A stretch of DNA of 64,000 nt from Pristiophorus japonicus (GCF_044704955.1 NC_091999.1:22940001-23004000); one strand, 5' to 3'. Positions 24,163-36,310 are shown, counted from the stretch's first letter. The notes: generated from the sequence alone by a model not told the origin. Made by a program: numbers and translations.

Positions 24163-26803
24163 ACTCCTTTAGGAGTAAACAAAAAACATTAAACCGTGCC
24201 CCCGATCTGGGGGAAACACCAACATTTACAACGTCCTTTTTTTTTTGGGCACAGAATTGAATTTTTATCCAAGTGCCCCCTACAAAAGGGGAGGGGGACA
24301 TGAAAAGCACCGGCAATTAAACACATAAAGTCAAATTAAAACTTGGTTGCCAGCCGTGATGATTCCATCCAGTTCCTCCGGTGCCCACCTCTCGTGGAAG
24401 GCCGCGAGCGTACCAGTGGACACTGCGTGCTCCATCTCCAAGGACAGCCTGGACTGGATGTATGCGCGGAAGAGAGGCAGGCAGTCTGGCTGAACGACCC
24501 CCACCACCGCCCGCTGCCTGGACCGGCTGATGGCCCCCTTGGCCGTGCCCAGGAGCCGTCCTACGAGGAGGACCTCGGACCTACCCGCTCCCCTCCGCAC
24601 AGGGTGCCCGAAGGTCAGGAGTGTGGGACTGAAGTGCAGCCAGAATTTCAGGAGCAGCCATTTTAAATAACAAAACGGGACTGCTACCTCGTGCACTCAA
24701 TAAAAACATGGAAGACGGACTCTTCTAGACCGCAGAAATTGCAAGCGGCCTGGGAGCCCGTGAACCGGCTTAAAAATTTATTGCACGGGACTGCTCCGTG
24801 CACCACCCTCCAGGCCAAGTCCCTGATAAATACTGGGAGGACGCCTGCGTAGAGTGCCCTCCATCGGTGACCCCCGCCTCCTCCGGACGGCAAGATGGTA
24901 CGCCATGGCGTGTCCGGACGGCAGGCGAGGTTGGCAAAGTTGAGAGTGTGCAGGAGCAGCCCGTACAGGAAATCCCTCCGCGCGGAACTGAAAGGCACGG
25001 AGGGGATTTCCCCGGGGCGGCTCAAGTTGGGAGGCGCCTGCTCCCGAGGGAGGTTCCGGGGTTTGGCGCCAATGCGGAATTCCGTCCGGACGGGGGTCAT
25101 TTCGGACGGGATCTCCCCACGTGCTTGAGCCTCCTCGATGCACCAAACGGAGTCGGGGCCCAGAGCTCTTTTTAGCGACTCGATGGCATCGGCCGCGTTG
25201 CAGACGTTGGCAGAATTTAGGCGCCGCGCCAGCGGTCTGGTGCCATCCAGCCCGCTCCTCCACCATCGAGCAGGTCCCGGACCCTGGTCACCTCACCAGC
25301 CACAGCCTTCTCGTCTGACCGCCACAAAAAATCTCGGTCGTGGAGGTACGGATTCCCGTGCAGCGGCTCCTGCAGGACGGCCGCCACTCCAGCCGCTGCA
25401 GAGCTGGGCTTGCTGGAGACTTTGTTCCAGACCCTGATGAGTTCCTTGTAAAAGACAGGCAGCTGCCGGAGGGCGGTCCTGACGCCCCCCACACTCACAA
25501 ACAGGAGCTGCGTGTCGTAGTTAGGGCCGTGCTTCTGGCGAAAGAAATACATTGCCAGAGCACGACACCTAGGAGAAGGCTCGACGTAAAGATATCTCTG
25601 CAGGGTCTGAAGATGGAAAGTCGCGAGCTGGGCGCTGACGCACACCAACGACTGACCGCCCTCCCCACCGGGAGACTCAAGACCGCGGCAGAGATCCAGT
25701 GCTTCCTGTTGTTCCAGAAGAAGTCCACCAGCTTCTTCTGTATCTTGGCGACAAACGTAGGGGGATGGGTCAAAGTGACCAGCCGGTACCACAACATGGC
25801 GGCCACCAGCTGGTTTATGACCAGCGCTCGACCCCTGTAGGAAAGCACTCGGAGCAGTCCTGTCCAGCGGCCTAGGCGAGCGGCGACCTTGGCCTCCAGC
25901 TCCTGCCAGTTCGCCACCCACACTTCCTCGTCGGGGCTAAGGTAGACTCCCAGATAGAGGAGATGGGTCGTGCTCCAGGCAAAAGGCCTGAGCTCCTCCG
26001 ACAGGGAGTCCACCCGCCACTGACCCACCAGGAGTCAGGAATATTTCTCCCATTTGATTCTGGCGGAGGATGCAGCCGAGTAAATCTCTTGGCACTCACG
26101 CATCCTTCGCAGGTCAGCGGGATCCTCTACCGCGAGGAGCACATCATCGGCGTAAGCCGAGAGGACGACTTCCACGCCCGGCCCTTGCAGAGCCAGTCCC
26201 GTCAACCTCGTCCGCAAGAGGCGCAGGAAAGGCTCCACGCAGACGGCATATAACTTGCCGGACATGGGGCATCCCTGTCGCACCCCTCTCCTAAAGCGAA
26301 GGGGCGCCGTCAAGGACCCGTTAACCTTAATCAGACACTCCACGGCGGCGTGACGAAATGAGTCCCGAAGCCGAAAGCGCGCAGAGTTCCGAGCAGATAG
26401 TTGTGATCCACCCTGTCGAACGCCTTCTCTTGGTCAAGGGATAGGAATGCGACTCACAGACCAGCCTCCTGGGAATGATGGATGAGGTCCCGGACCAGAT
26501 GGATGTTATCGTGGATTGTCCGGCCCGGGACCGTGTAGGACTGGTCGGGGTGGATCATGTTGTCCAGCACGGCACCAAGGCGAGCAGACATCGCCCTGGC
26601 AAAGATTTTGTTGTCCGTGCTGAGGAGGGAGACCGGGCGCCAGTTCTTAAGGAGGTGGAGATCGCCCTTCTTATGCAGCAGGACGATGACTGCCCTGCGC
26701 CAAGAGATGGGGCATCTCCCCGGTCGCCAGACTTTTCCGCAGGACGCGCGCGTGGTCGCTCCCCAGGACGTCCCAGAACGTCCTGTGGAACTCCACGGTC
26801 AGC
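24163..26803 (-). mobile_element. Tx1 unit 4a (3' part only; near-duplicate of the unit 3 3' part)
   Basis: Shares the junction variant, the tacaaaagg variant and the ~20-bp deletion at 26350 with unit 3. Confidence 0.85.
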
Positions 26804-29800
26804 CGCGAGGAGCACGTCATCGGCGGAAGCCGAGAGGACGACCTCCACGCCCGGCCCTTGCAGAGCCAGTCCCGCCAAACTCATCCGCAGGAGGTGCAGG
26901 AAAGGCTCCACGCAGATGGCATATAGTTGGCTGGACATGGGGCATCCCTGGTGCACCCCTCTCCCAAAGCGAAGGGGCGCCATCAAGGACCCGTTTACCT
27001 GAATCAGACACTCCACGGCAGCGTACAATAGTCAGATCTGGGCGACGAAATGCATCCCGAACCCGAAAGCGCGCAGAGTTCCGAGCAGATAGTCGTGATC
27101 CACCCTGTCGAACGCCTTGTCTTGGTCGAGGGATAGGAAGGAGACCGACAGACCAGCCTCCTGGGAATGATGGATGAGGTCCCGGACCAGATGGATGTTA
27201 TCGTGGATTGTCCGGCCCGGGACCGTGTAGGACTGGTCGGGGTGGATCATGTGGTCCAGCACGGCACCAAGGCGAGCAGACATCGCCCTGGCGAAGATTT
27301 TGTAGTCTGTGCTGAGGAGGGAGACCGGGCGTCAGTTCTTAAGGAGGCGGAGATCGCCCTTCTTAGGCAGCAGGACGATGACTGCCCTGCGCCAAGAGTG
27401 GTGCATCTCCCCGGTCACCAGACTTTCCCCCAGGACCCGCGCGTAGTCACCCCCCAGGACGTCCCAGAACGCCCTGTGGAACTCCACGGTCAGCCCGTCC
27501 AGCCCCGGGGCTTTTCCCCTCGAGAGCCGGTCGGCACCGGTCAGCTCTGCCAGGCTTAGCGGAGCTTCCAGATTTTCGGCGCCTTCCGGGATGACCTTTG
27601 GCAGGTCCTCCCACAAAACTCTATGCGCTTCCTCGCTGGACGGCTCCGGAGATAACAGAGCCCCGTAATGTTCACGGACCCTGTTGCTGACGCCCTCCGG
27701 ATCCGAGACGAGAGAGCCGTCATCGGCCAGCAGCGTCAAGAGCTGCTTACGGACACCCTGTCTTTTTTCCAGTGAGTAGAAGAAGGGGGAGCCGCAGTCC
27801 AGATCCCGCAGGAATCGGATCCGCGACCTTACGAATTGGACTCGGGACCCGACGAGCTGCAGGTGCTTCAGCGCGGCCTTCTTCGCTTTTTACACCGTCC
27901 GCAGGGCCGAGTCCCCGACGACTTGACTGAGATGGGACTCTAGGTCGAGCACCTCTTTTTCTAGGCGCCCAACCCTGGCCGCCCGCCTCTTGGTCGACCC
28001 CCTCGCGTACTCTTGACAGAAGACACGGACGTGAGCCTTGCCCACGTCCCACCATAGCCTCAAGGAGGGGAAGCTCCCCTGCTTCCTTCTCCAGTCGGCC
28101 CAGAAACGACGGAACGAGTCCTGGAACCGCACGTCCTCCAGCAGCCGGGAGTTAAAATGCCAGTACGCGGACCCCGTTCTCGTGCGGAGCGAAGCGAGCT
28201 CCGCCCACACCAGGTGCTGGTCCGAACACGGCACCGGCCGCATGGAGGCCGCCAGGACGCAGGAAACGTATGCCCGAGACACGTAAACGCGGTCGACTGT
28301 GGACCATCCTACTCCAGGCCTCACCCAAGTAAAGGCGCTGGAGTCGGGATGGAGATTTCGCCAGACGTCCACCAAGTCGAAGGACCCGACCAGGTCCCTC
28401 AACTTCCCCATCACCGTCATGCTCTGCGGGGCACTGGAGCGGTCCATCGCCTCGAGGGTGCAGTTAAAATTCCCCCCCCAGGGCAATGCAGTCGCCGACG
28501 TCGACGGAGCCAAGAAGAGCGAACACTTCTTCGAAGAAGCGCACTTGCTGCGGGCCGGGCTGAGGGGCGTACACGTTCACGAGATGGATTGGCACGTCCC
28601 CCAGGCGAACCGTTACGTGCAGCAAGCGGCCTGGAAGGGGATCCTCGACCCCCAAGATCTCCGGCTGAAAATGCGGGGCCAACAAGATGGCCACCCCACT
28701 AGAAGTGGTAGTGAGGTGCCTCATGCGGACCTCTCCTTGCCATTCCAGGAGCCACGTGGCTTCATCTCCCGGAACGGTGTAGGTTTCTTGCAGGAAGCAC
28801 ACCGCATATTTCCCCTCCCACATGAGCGAAAAATTGTCAAATCTACGGCGTGCCTCTCTGCCGCCGTTGATGTTGATGCTGGCTATGGTTATCTTCATGA
28901 CAAAAGCATAGTGCAACCTCTACCTAACCTATTGTGGGGGGGGGAGTGGAGTCGTTTGTTGACCTTCACTCCTTCAGCAGCCCAGTGAGGAATCCGTTGA
29001 CCCGGCGCAGCTCAAGCCCTTGCGCCCTTGATAAGGGCCCGCCCGCGGCCATGGTTTTAGCTGCGGCGTGGACGGAAGCGACGAGCAACACTGGCTCAGA
29101 CCATCTTTCCCGGGCCAGACGGGCTTGGTCGCGGCGACCGCGGCACTGGACCAAAAAGTCCCGGAGTTTCTTTACAGGAATGAGGAGGGTCTCAGCGGCG
29201 GCCGCGAGCAGATCCACCGCCTCACTGGCGATGGTCTCTAGATCTTCTCCTGCGTCCCCCACCGAGTCTCCGTCCCCCTCCGGGAGGTCGCCGCCAGCAG
29301 CCGGCCCGTCGACCGCACGGGGTACGGCAATAGACCCGGCCGCTCCATCCGGCCCTGGCTCTGCCCCGATCCCACCCCCACGATTGTCGGCAGAGGAGTC
29401 CCCACTGAGCTCTTTTAAAAGTGGTGCTGGGTCGGGAGGCGACAGCGGAAGGGGGTCCTCCCCCGCCCCAGGAGCCGGGGAACACGGAGAGACCTGGTTA
29501 AGGAAATTCTCCAGGTCCACCAAGTCCCTCAGCTCCAAAGTAGGGGGCGAGGGTTGTTGTTCATCCCCCTCCCGCCGCCACCCCCCGGCCCAGCGTATGG
29601 ATGTATATTACAGTTGTCTGCAGTGTCAGCTTCTGCCGAGTCGAGCAAATCCCGGGGGAAGTTGGGTATTGGCTGGGCGGGCTCAGGTTCGGCCTTTTCG
29701 GCCTCGCCCGCCTCAGTCCCCGGGACGCTCGACCCGGCGGCTACGGATTCTTCCGCTGGCCCCACGCCCCCCACGACAGGCAGATCTTCCACGTCATCCC

Positions 29801-31865
29801 CGGGAGGCAGCGGCTGGGCAGCCTCGACTGCTTCACCCTCCCCGGGGACAGATTCCTCACGCCTACAGCGCAGCTTGGGGGCGCTGGTGGGGGACGCGGG
29901 ACACTCGGCGGGCACCGCCTCCTCCACGGAGGGATGTTGTTCTCCCTCCACCTCATTGGAGCGGCGCCTCCTTTTTTTCCTGGGGGTGCGCGGAGGCAGG
30001 GAGACCCCCATATCTGCCGAGGCCTCCCGCTCCACTCCCCCCTTTTTCTTGTCTTGCCCACGCCCGAACCCCTCTGTGATACTAGTCAAGGGCTCGGGCA
30101 CGGGCTCAGGGCACACCGCGCTCGCCGGTGACGGGGTTTGGCCGAGTGCGGTAAACAAGTTGTTTGGCGCAGCGAGGGGATGCTTCGCCTTCTTCCGCGC
30201 CTTCTTTCCGGCCGTGAAAACAAAGGCCTCCGGCGATGCCCGCGCAACGACGGCTCCCGGCAAGCGGACGCTACTAGGGGGAGGGGTGGCGGCGGCGCCA
30301 GCCTTGGACGCCCTCGGTGCTTTGGCAGCCTTGTTGGCGGGGCAGTTCTTGCGAACATGCACCACCTCGCTGCAGGCAGTCCCCTCGTGCACCACATTAA
30401 CATTGCCCTCCGTCGTCTCCTCCCGCGCCTGCCGGACAAAGAGCTGGCGGCGGAAGGAGAGCACATGGCGCAGGCTGTTCTCCCTGAGGCCGAGCGGTAT
30501 GGGGTTGATCCCCGACCTTACCTCCCCCAGTTGTTGTAGGTGAGGGAGGAGGAGCTCAGCGGGTACAAAGGGCGGGACGTTTGAAATGATGACCCTCTGC
30601 GCGGTGGCCTAAGAGGGTCCACTGGCAGGAACGTCCCGCCCACCGTGAGCCCCTTTTCAAGGGCCAGGGACACCGGTCGCTCCGACCCCAGGAAGAACAC
30701 GGCCTTCCCAGACATCTTGGAGGCTGCGACAATGGCCGAGGGGCCGACTACCCCAGCCATCGCCCGCGCGCACTCCTCAATGCTCATTGTGGGGTGAGTG
30801 TAGCCCTTGACCCCGTGTTTTTTAGTTATCAGTCTGAATGGTGGCAGGGCAGCAGGAGGCGCAGGAGGCGCCGTGGATGTGGACGCCGCCTGCGCATAAT
30901 TCCTAGCTGGCCCTGCCACCGGCGTGGATGGAGTCGCCATCACGGGGTCCATTTAAGGGCGACACCCACCCCAAAGTCACATGCCTTAATGGTCTTAACT
31001 TGCCTCGTTTAAGTATTTAACAGCGGGAGCTCTGAAAGAGGCACTCCTCTCCCCTAGTTTGCAATTGGGGAGGGGCCTTGCTCCCTCTGCTCAGTTGTCT
31101 TAATTGTTCTTGTCTTTTTTTTCCAATTGGGAGGAAAGGCTCTCAGAGAGAGAGGGGGGAGACAGAGAGAGAGACTGAGTGATGGGGTGTGGGAAAGAGG
31201 GAGGCTGCAAGGGCAGGTCTCCCCTCACAGTAATGGGTGGGTGCACTCCCCAGATGGCAAACAAAACAGTCTTTGGGGTGATCTTCGGGTGGGGGGAGAA
31301 GATGTCTTCACCTGGGGTAGCTGGAGCCACACAGGTACACACTCCCAACGATGTTAATTAGGGTGATTCAGTTTCTTCAGCCTGGTAGCTCCAGCTATCC
31401 CAGGCTAGGCAATTGGGTGAGGGGTGCTTCAGTGGTGTGTGGGCCTAGCTGTAGGCAAGACCCCCACACACACTTCCACACACACACACAACCCCCCGCG
31501 ATGTTCTGGCCCTCGATTGGTCTTCTTTCCTCCCCCCACCGATACAACAAAGTCTTTTTGGTGAATGCACCAAAACACACCCACCTTTGGCTGAAGAAGT
31601 CTTTCCCTCCTTCCACACTGGTAAGTTGTTGTTCTTTTTTCCAAATCTTTCCAACTCTTTGTTGAAATAATGAAGGTGTTGCAGTCTTCTGCTCTCCTCC
31701 TCTTACTCTAGATTAATGGTAATGAAGCCCCTTCCTATCTCCTGTTCCTGGGCTGGTCTCAGGGCTCACTCCAGGCCTTCCAGACAGAAGCTAAAGCAGG
31801 GAGTTCCTTCTCTCACAGCAGCCAGGCTCCAAGTGCATAGGCTACGCCTCCAAAGCTCCATCATT
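26804..31865 (-). mobile_element. Tx1 unit 4b (5' part of a different copy, fused to 4a with ~0.7 kb of RT repeated)
   Basis: At 26800-26810 the sequence jumps from cacggtcagcc back to gcgaggagcacgtc. ORF1 has a frameshift and a deletion through the knuckle (HEGTACSEVVHVRKNC). Confidence 0.85.
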
Positions 31866-31881
31866 GGTCCTTGTGCGTGAA

Positions 31882-32070
31882 ACTCTTTTTGGGAGTAAAC
31901 AAAAAACATTAAACCGTACCCCCCCCCGATCTGGGGGAAACACCAAACATTTACAGGCCCTTTTATTTTTTGTGGTATTTTTTGGGGTGTTTTTTGGGGC
32001 AAAAAACATATTTTTTCTCCAAGTGCCCCCTATAAAAGGGGAGGGGGACACTAAAAGCACCGGCAATTAA
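31882..32070 (-). mobile_element. Tx1 unit 5: 189-bp 5'-truncated copy (3'UTR only)
   Basis: Matches the 3'UTR at 3630-3784 and 10793-10966, then joins CR1. Confidence 0.85.
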
Positions 32071-32757
32071 TGTTAGTTTGCAGGTGCAACAGGTAATCAG
32101 CAAGGCGAATGGAATGTTGGCCTTCATTGCCAGAGAGTTGGAGTACAAAAGCAGGGAGGTCCTTCTGCAACTATATAGGGTATTGGTGAGGCCGCACCTG
32201 GAGTACTGCGTGCAGTTTTGGTCACCTTACTTAAGGAAGGATATACTAGCTTTGGAGGGGGTACAGAGACGATTCACGAGGCTGATTCAGGAGATGAGAG
32301 GGTTACCTTATGATGATAGATTGACTCGACTGGGTCTTTACTCGTTGGAGTTCAGAAGGATGAGGGGTGATCGATAGAAACATTTAAAACAATGAAAGGC
32401 ATAGACAAGATAGAGCAGAGAAGTTGTTTCCACTGCTCGGGGAGACTAGAACTAGAGGGCACAGCCTCAGGGGAGCCAATTTAAAACCGAGTTGAGAAGG
32501 AATTTCTTCTCCCACAGAGTTGTGAATCTGTGGAATTATCTGCAAAGGGGAGGAATTGAGGATAGCTCATTGAATGTATTCAATTCACAGAAAGATAGAT
32601 TTTTAAACAATAAGGGAATTAAGTGTTATGGGGAGCGGGCGGGTAAGTGGAGCTGAGTCCACGGCCAGATCAGCCATGATCTTGTTGAATGGCGGCGCAG
32701 GCTCGAGAGGCTAGATGGCCTACACCTGTTCCTAATTCTTATGTTCTTATGTTCTTA
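32071..32757 (+). mobile_element. CR1 LINE 3' end; right half of the host element, with (TTCTTATG)n tail
   Basis: Encodes VSLQVQQVISKANGMLAFI…LVRPHLEYCVQFWSP, continuing the frame interrupted at 3629. Octamer-repeat tail at 32736-32759. Confidence 0.95.
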
Positions 32758-33118
32758 TGAAGGCGTCCATCAGAACAAGGGAAATGCTTTACCACTGGAT
32801 TTATTGACGGTTCTGTTGGTGATTATCAATGGGATCGCTTCATGTCCCACCACACAGGAGTGAGAGGCGCCGCTGGCCCATTCCTCGGCTGCAATGGATA
32901 GCAGGCTGTACATGAAGTAGGAGCTGCTACCGTTCTCCGCCATCACCTCGGTGTTCTTGTAGTTGCCGTAATCCACCAGTTTGTTATTGATGGTCTTTTT
33001 GACGAAGATTTTTCGGGGGGAGAACCTATCACTAAACAGGTGAGGCTGACCAACCTCTGAGCAGAGACTTCTGCTGAGGGCAGGAGGACAGACACGGCTG
33101 GTTCCCGCGGATCTTTCG
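32758..33118 (-). pseudogene. IGHM: IgM Cmu4 exon plus proximal secretory tail
   Basis: Acceptor ctacag at 33119. Encodes [13 protein letters not shown]…LTCLV…[11 protein letters not shown]…[27 protein letters not shown]…RTVNKSS|GK. Carries a 1-nt frameshift, has lost the conserved Trp and has a deletion of the PSFVN part of the tail. The internal TM donor is at 32792. Confidence 0.92.
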
Positions 33119-33729
33119 CTGTAGAACAGTTACAACAAAGGCCAATGAACTGGATAGTTCCAGAGACAATGGGGGGATTTCAACCCAATACAGCGGGCGG
33201 GTTTTGGGCGTGGAGGTTGTTAAATTGGTAAAAATTTGAATCCCTACCTCAACTCGCCTACTTCCAGTTGTAATATTATATTTGAGTAATATATTTAAAT
33301 GAGACTTGAATCCTCTATTATAACCACCATTTGGTGTTTAACAGTCGCTGGTCCGGTTTGACACACTGTGTAAATCTCAGCAGTTACAGCAAGGTGGGGA
33401 TTGCTGCTCCCAGGTGGTAATTGCCCTTAAACCTACCTCCTGGATCCAGGGTCCCTGCCTAACCCACCCCCCGCGATCCGCGACCTCCTCACTCGGCTTC
33501 CAATCCTCCCGTTTTCACTGGTGGCCTGTGAGACCAATGCCCACAACTCGCCTTCCTCATTTAAATTCAGCCAATTTCCGGTGGTGAGATGTGAGAGAAA
33601 TGGACACAGCGTTGAATTTTGACGCTTTCCTTTTCCCCTCTGTTGCCTCTCTGGTTTTCCATCCCTTATCCGAGGGAACGTAATCTTTCTCTCTGAAATC
33701 TTGAAGCATTGGACTGGAAAATGACAAAG

Positions 33730-33885
33730 AATTTAATGCACAGAACGAGGAGATTTGGCTAACTGGTCTATGCCGGTGTTTATGATCCACACAAGCCTCC
33801 TCCGAGCCCACTTCATCTAAACCTAATAATATACCCTTCTATTTCTTTCTCGCTCATGGACTTATCCAGTTTCCCCTAAAATACA
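33730..33885 (-). mobile_element. Degenerate CR1 3'-end fragment
   Basis: Resembles the reverse complement of a CR1 3'UTR (cacagaacgaggagatttggc…). Confidence 0.5.
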
Positions 33886-34034
33886 TAATGTCAGGTCCCA
33901 GAGTGCTGAGTTGGTGGAAATACCAACCTGAATGATCAGAGTAGCCATTAAACACTTTATATAATCAATTGGCCCTTGCACACGCATCGAAATTGTCGCA
34001 GTGTCTCACTTATTGCAACAGTCTCCCCGCTCAC

Positions 34035-34342
34035 CCTTTTCCTTGTGGATGGAATCTCTGAGAGGAGTCGGCATATCCTGATGGCTCACCACGCAGTAGA
34101 ACTTATCCCCACTCAGCCAGTCTTGTGTCGAGATGTTTAAGTTGCTGATCACCATGTTGGGATCCTCTCCGGGTTGGACGGCAATCTCTGATTTCAAAGT
34201 CTCGTTTTTTCGGGTCCAGGTCACGGTGAGCCCATAAGGAGCGTCAGACACAACGCACGTTAAGGTCACCGTCGCCTCCAGTAAAACCTGTTCCAGTGAC
34301 GGTGGGCGAAGAGTGATTTTTAATCGCTGCATGGGACATCCA
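34035..34342 (-). pseudogene. IGHM: IgM Cmu3 exon
   Basis: Acceptor tttcgcag and donor gtgagc. Encodes [27 protein letters not shown]…W…[22 protein letters not shown], with a 1-nt frameshift just after DVPCSD. Confidence 0.93.
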
Positions 34343-35039
34343 CTGCGAAACAGGAATGAAAGTCAGGAAAAGCCGAATCTTCAGAATCAGGACACCAATA
34401 ATTAGCCTTAACTCTTTCAAGGGGAATAACTCACTTTTGAGATATCAACCTCTCGCTATTGCTTGAACACCATCGTTATGGAAGGACAATGAATTGGCAA
34501 CGATTCCGGGAGGTCTGTAATATTTCCTGTGTATTTGAGCAGAGCCACCTGTAATGGGCTGTGAAGAAAATACCTGGCGTAAAATGGGAATACATTGGGA
34601 CACAATTGTGATAGGCACTGAATAGCGCTCTTCCTGAAATCCCTTGCTCCTTTATGCCTGTCTATAGATTCTTGCACCCAAGTGCATCTCCACTGGTTAT
34701 AATAGCTGAAGCCCGAATAGCCCCAAGTTCAAGAGGTCTACACCAGCATTATACTGATTCAAAACCAGTGTCAAATTAATTTCAGGATTTATGGGACAAC
34801 AGGAAACAAAGTTAAGTTTCTAGTCTTTTGCTGCTATTTTTGTTGCGATGAAAATGTGCAGGAACCAGTCACAAACCCCGTCAGAGGAGAAGTGCAAGGT
34901 CCGGAGAATGGAGTTACAAGGAATCTTTTGTGGTGGGGCATCATTTATAATGATGTGAGGTAGTTTGTTAATATCTGTAATTACTGAACATTTATCATGT
35001 CTGGTGAGAGAGATTCAGAAAGCACTATGACCTCAGGGC

Positions 35040-35565
35040 ATTAATAGCAACATAGGAACAGGAGAAGGCCATTCAGCCCATCCATCCTGTCCCGCCATCC
35101 AGTTAGATCATGGCTGATCAACACTCAACACCATCTTCACGCCTTGGTTATGTAACCCATGATAACCTTGCCGAACAAAAATCTATCAATTTCAGTTTTC
35201 AACTTTTCAATTGAAAGCAAGTGTCAGCAGCTTTTGGGGAGGTAAATCCCGAATTGCAATATTCTTCCTGTTAGAAAATCCTTTCTTACATCACCTCTGC
35301 ACGGCCTAACTCTAATGTTAAGGTTCTGCTACTTGTTCTGGACTCTCCCATCAAACTAAATAAATGTTTCTATATCTACTCGATACAATTCCATTTATCA
35401 ACTTAAACACGTCAATTGGACCATCTCTTAACGTTCTATTCTCACCACCTGATCATTTTACATTATTAGCCCCGGTATAATACGGGTAAACCTGCAGTTT
35501 AGCACCTCCACGTATATCCTTCCTCAGGTGCGGAGCCCAGAATTCGGCTCAGTACTCTGAATAGG
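35040..35565 (-). mobile_element. Degenerate CR1 3' fragment
   Basis: aacataggaacaggagaaggccattcagccc is the reverse complement of a CR1 3' stem-loop/tail. ORF2 C-terminal remnants follow. Confidence 0.7.
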
Positions 35566-35749
35566 GTAGATGCCCATTCTTGCAGTGGGTTCCTGGACAG
35601 TTCGCAGTGAAGGATTCCAGACTCCTATTGCCATTCCGTATGATCAGCTAACTCAGGATATACCTGAGACTAAGGACACTTCACTCACTGCCTGACACCA
35701 GAACAAGGGAAAGCTTCTTTGGCGAGGTTAATAAATCCTGAGCAATGAG

Positions 35750-36180
35750 GAATCCTGAACCAAAAGATCGTGGGTTGAAGTCCCACTCCAGATATGTGAT
35801 CACAATATGTAAGCTGAGTCTCTCAGTGCAGTACTGGGGGCGTGGTGCATTGTCGGAGGTGCCGTATTTCGGATCATGTGTTAAAACAAGAATCCGTCTA
35901 GCCTCTCAGGTGGAGGTAAAAGTTCCCCTGGAAATATTTCAATGAAAAGCAGAGGAGTTCTCCCTGGTGGCCTGGGAATATTAATCCCTCAAGAAATAAC
36001 ACTAAACAAAAAAAATGGTCGTTATCACACTGCTGTTTGTGGGAGCTTGTTGAGCACTAAATGACTGCCGCACTTTGTACATTACAAATGTGACCACATT
36101 TCACAACTTAATTCATTGCCTGGCAAGCGCTTTGGTTCAGTCTGTGACCGCTGAAGGCGCTGTATAAAGGCAAAATTTTA
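35750..36180 (+). mobile_element. DeuSINE-type (SacSINE1-like) SINE
   Basis: B-box-like gggttgaagtccc, Deu-domain-like caggtggaggtaaaagttccc…gcagaggagttctccctggtg…gctgtttgtgggagcttg, and a 3' aaggcgctgtataaa. Confidence 0.7.
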
Positions 36181-36310
36181 TCACAAGAATACACAAACTG
36201 CATGATTGGGAATTAGGAATATTCTTCTGCTTTCTACAAATTTCAATCAAAGTTCTGACTGAGATCAGCGCTCAGAATGGTCTGGAACTTCGCTGGATTG
36301 TGCCTCTAAC

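Noticed and set aside
7162-30543. Long plus-strand ORFs (385, 499, 426, 381 and 329 aa) antisense to the Tx1 ORFs
   Set aside because: These are shadow frames of GC-rich coding sequence. They have no domains and their starts and stops differ between copies.
3630-32070. Reading the array as an LTR retrotransposon because the 3'UTR recurs at both ends
   Set aside because: It has an APE-RT ORF2 and no integrase, protease, PBS or TG…CA termini. The repeats are explained by tandem non-LTR copies.
33170-33550. Possible MITE or DNA-transposon remnant in the Cmu3-Cmu4 intron
   Set aside because: No clear terminal inverted repeats or TSD could be identified.
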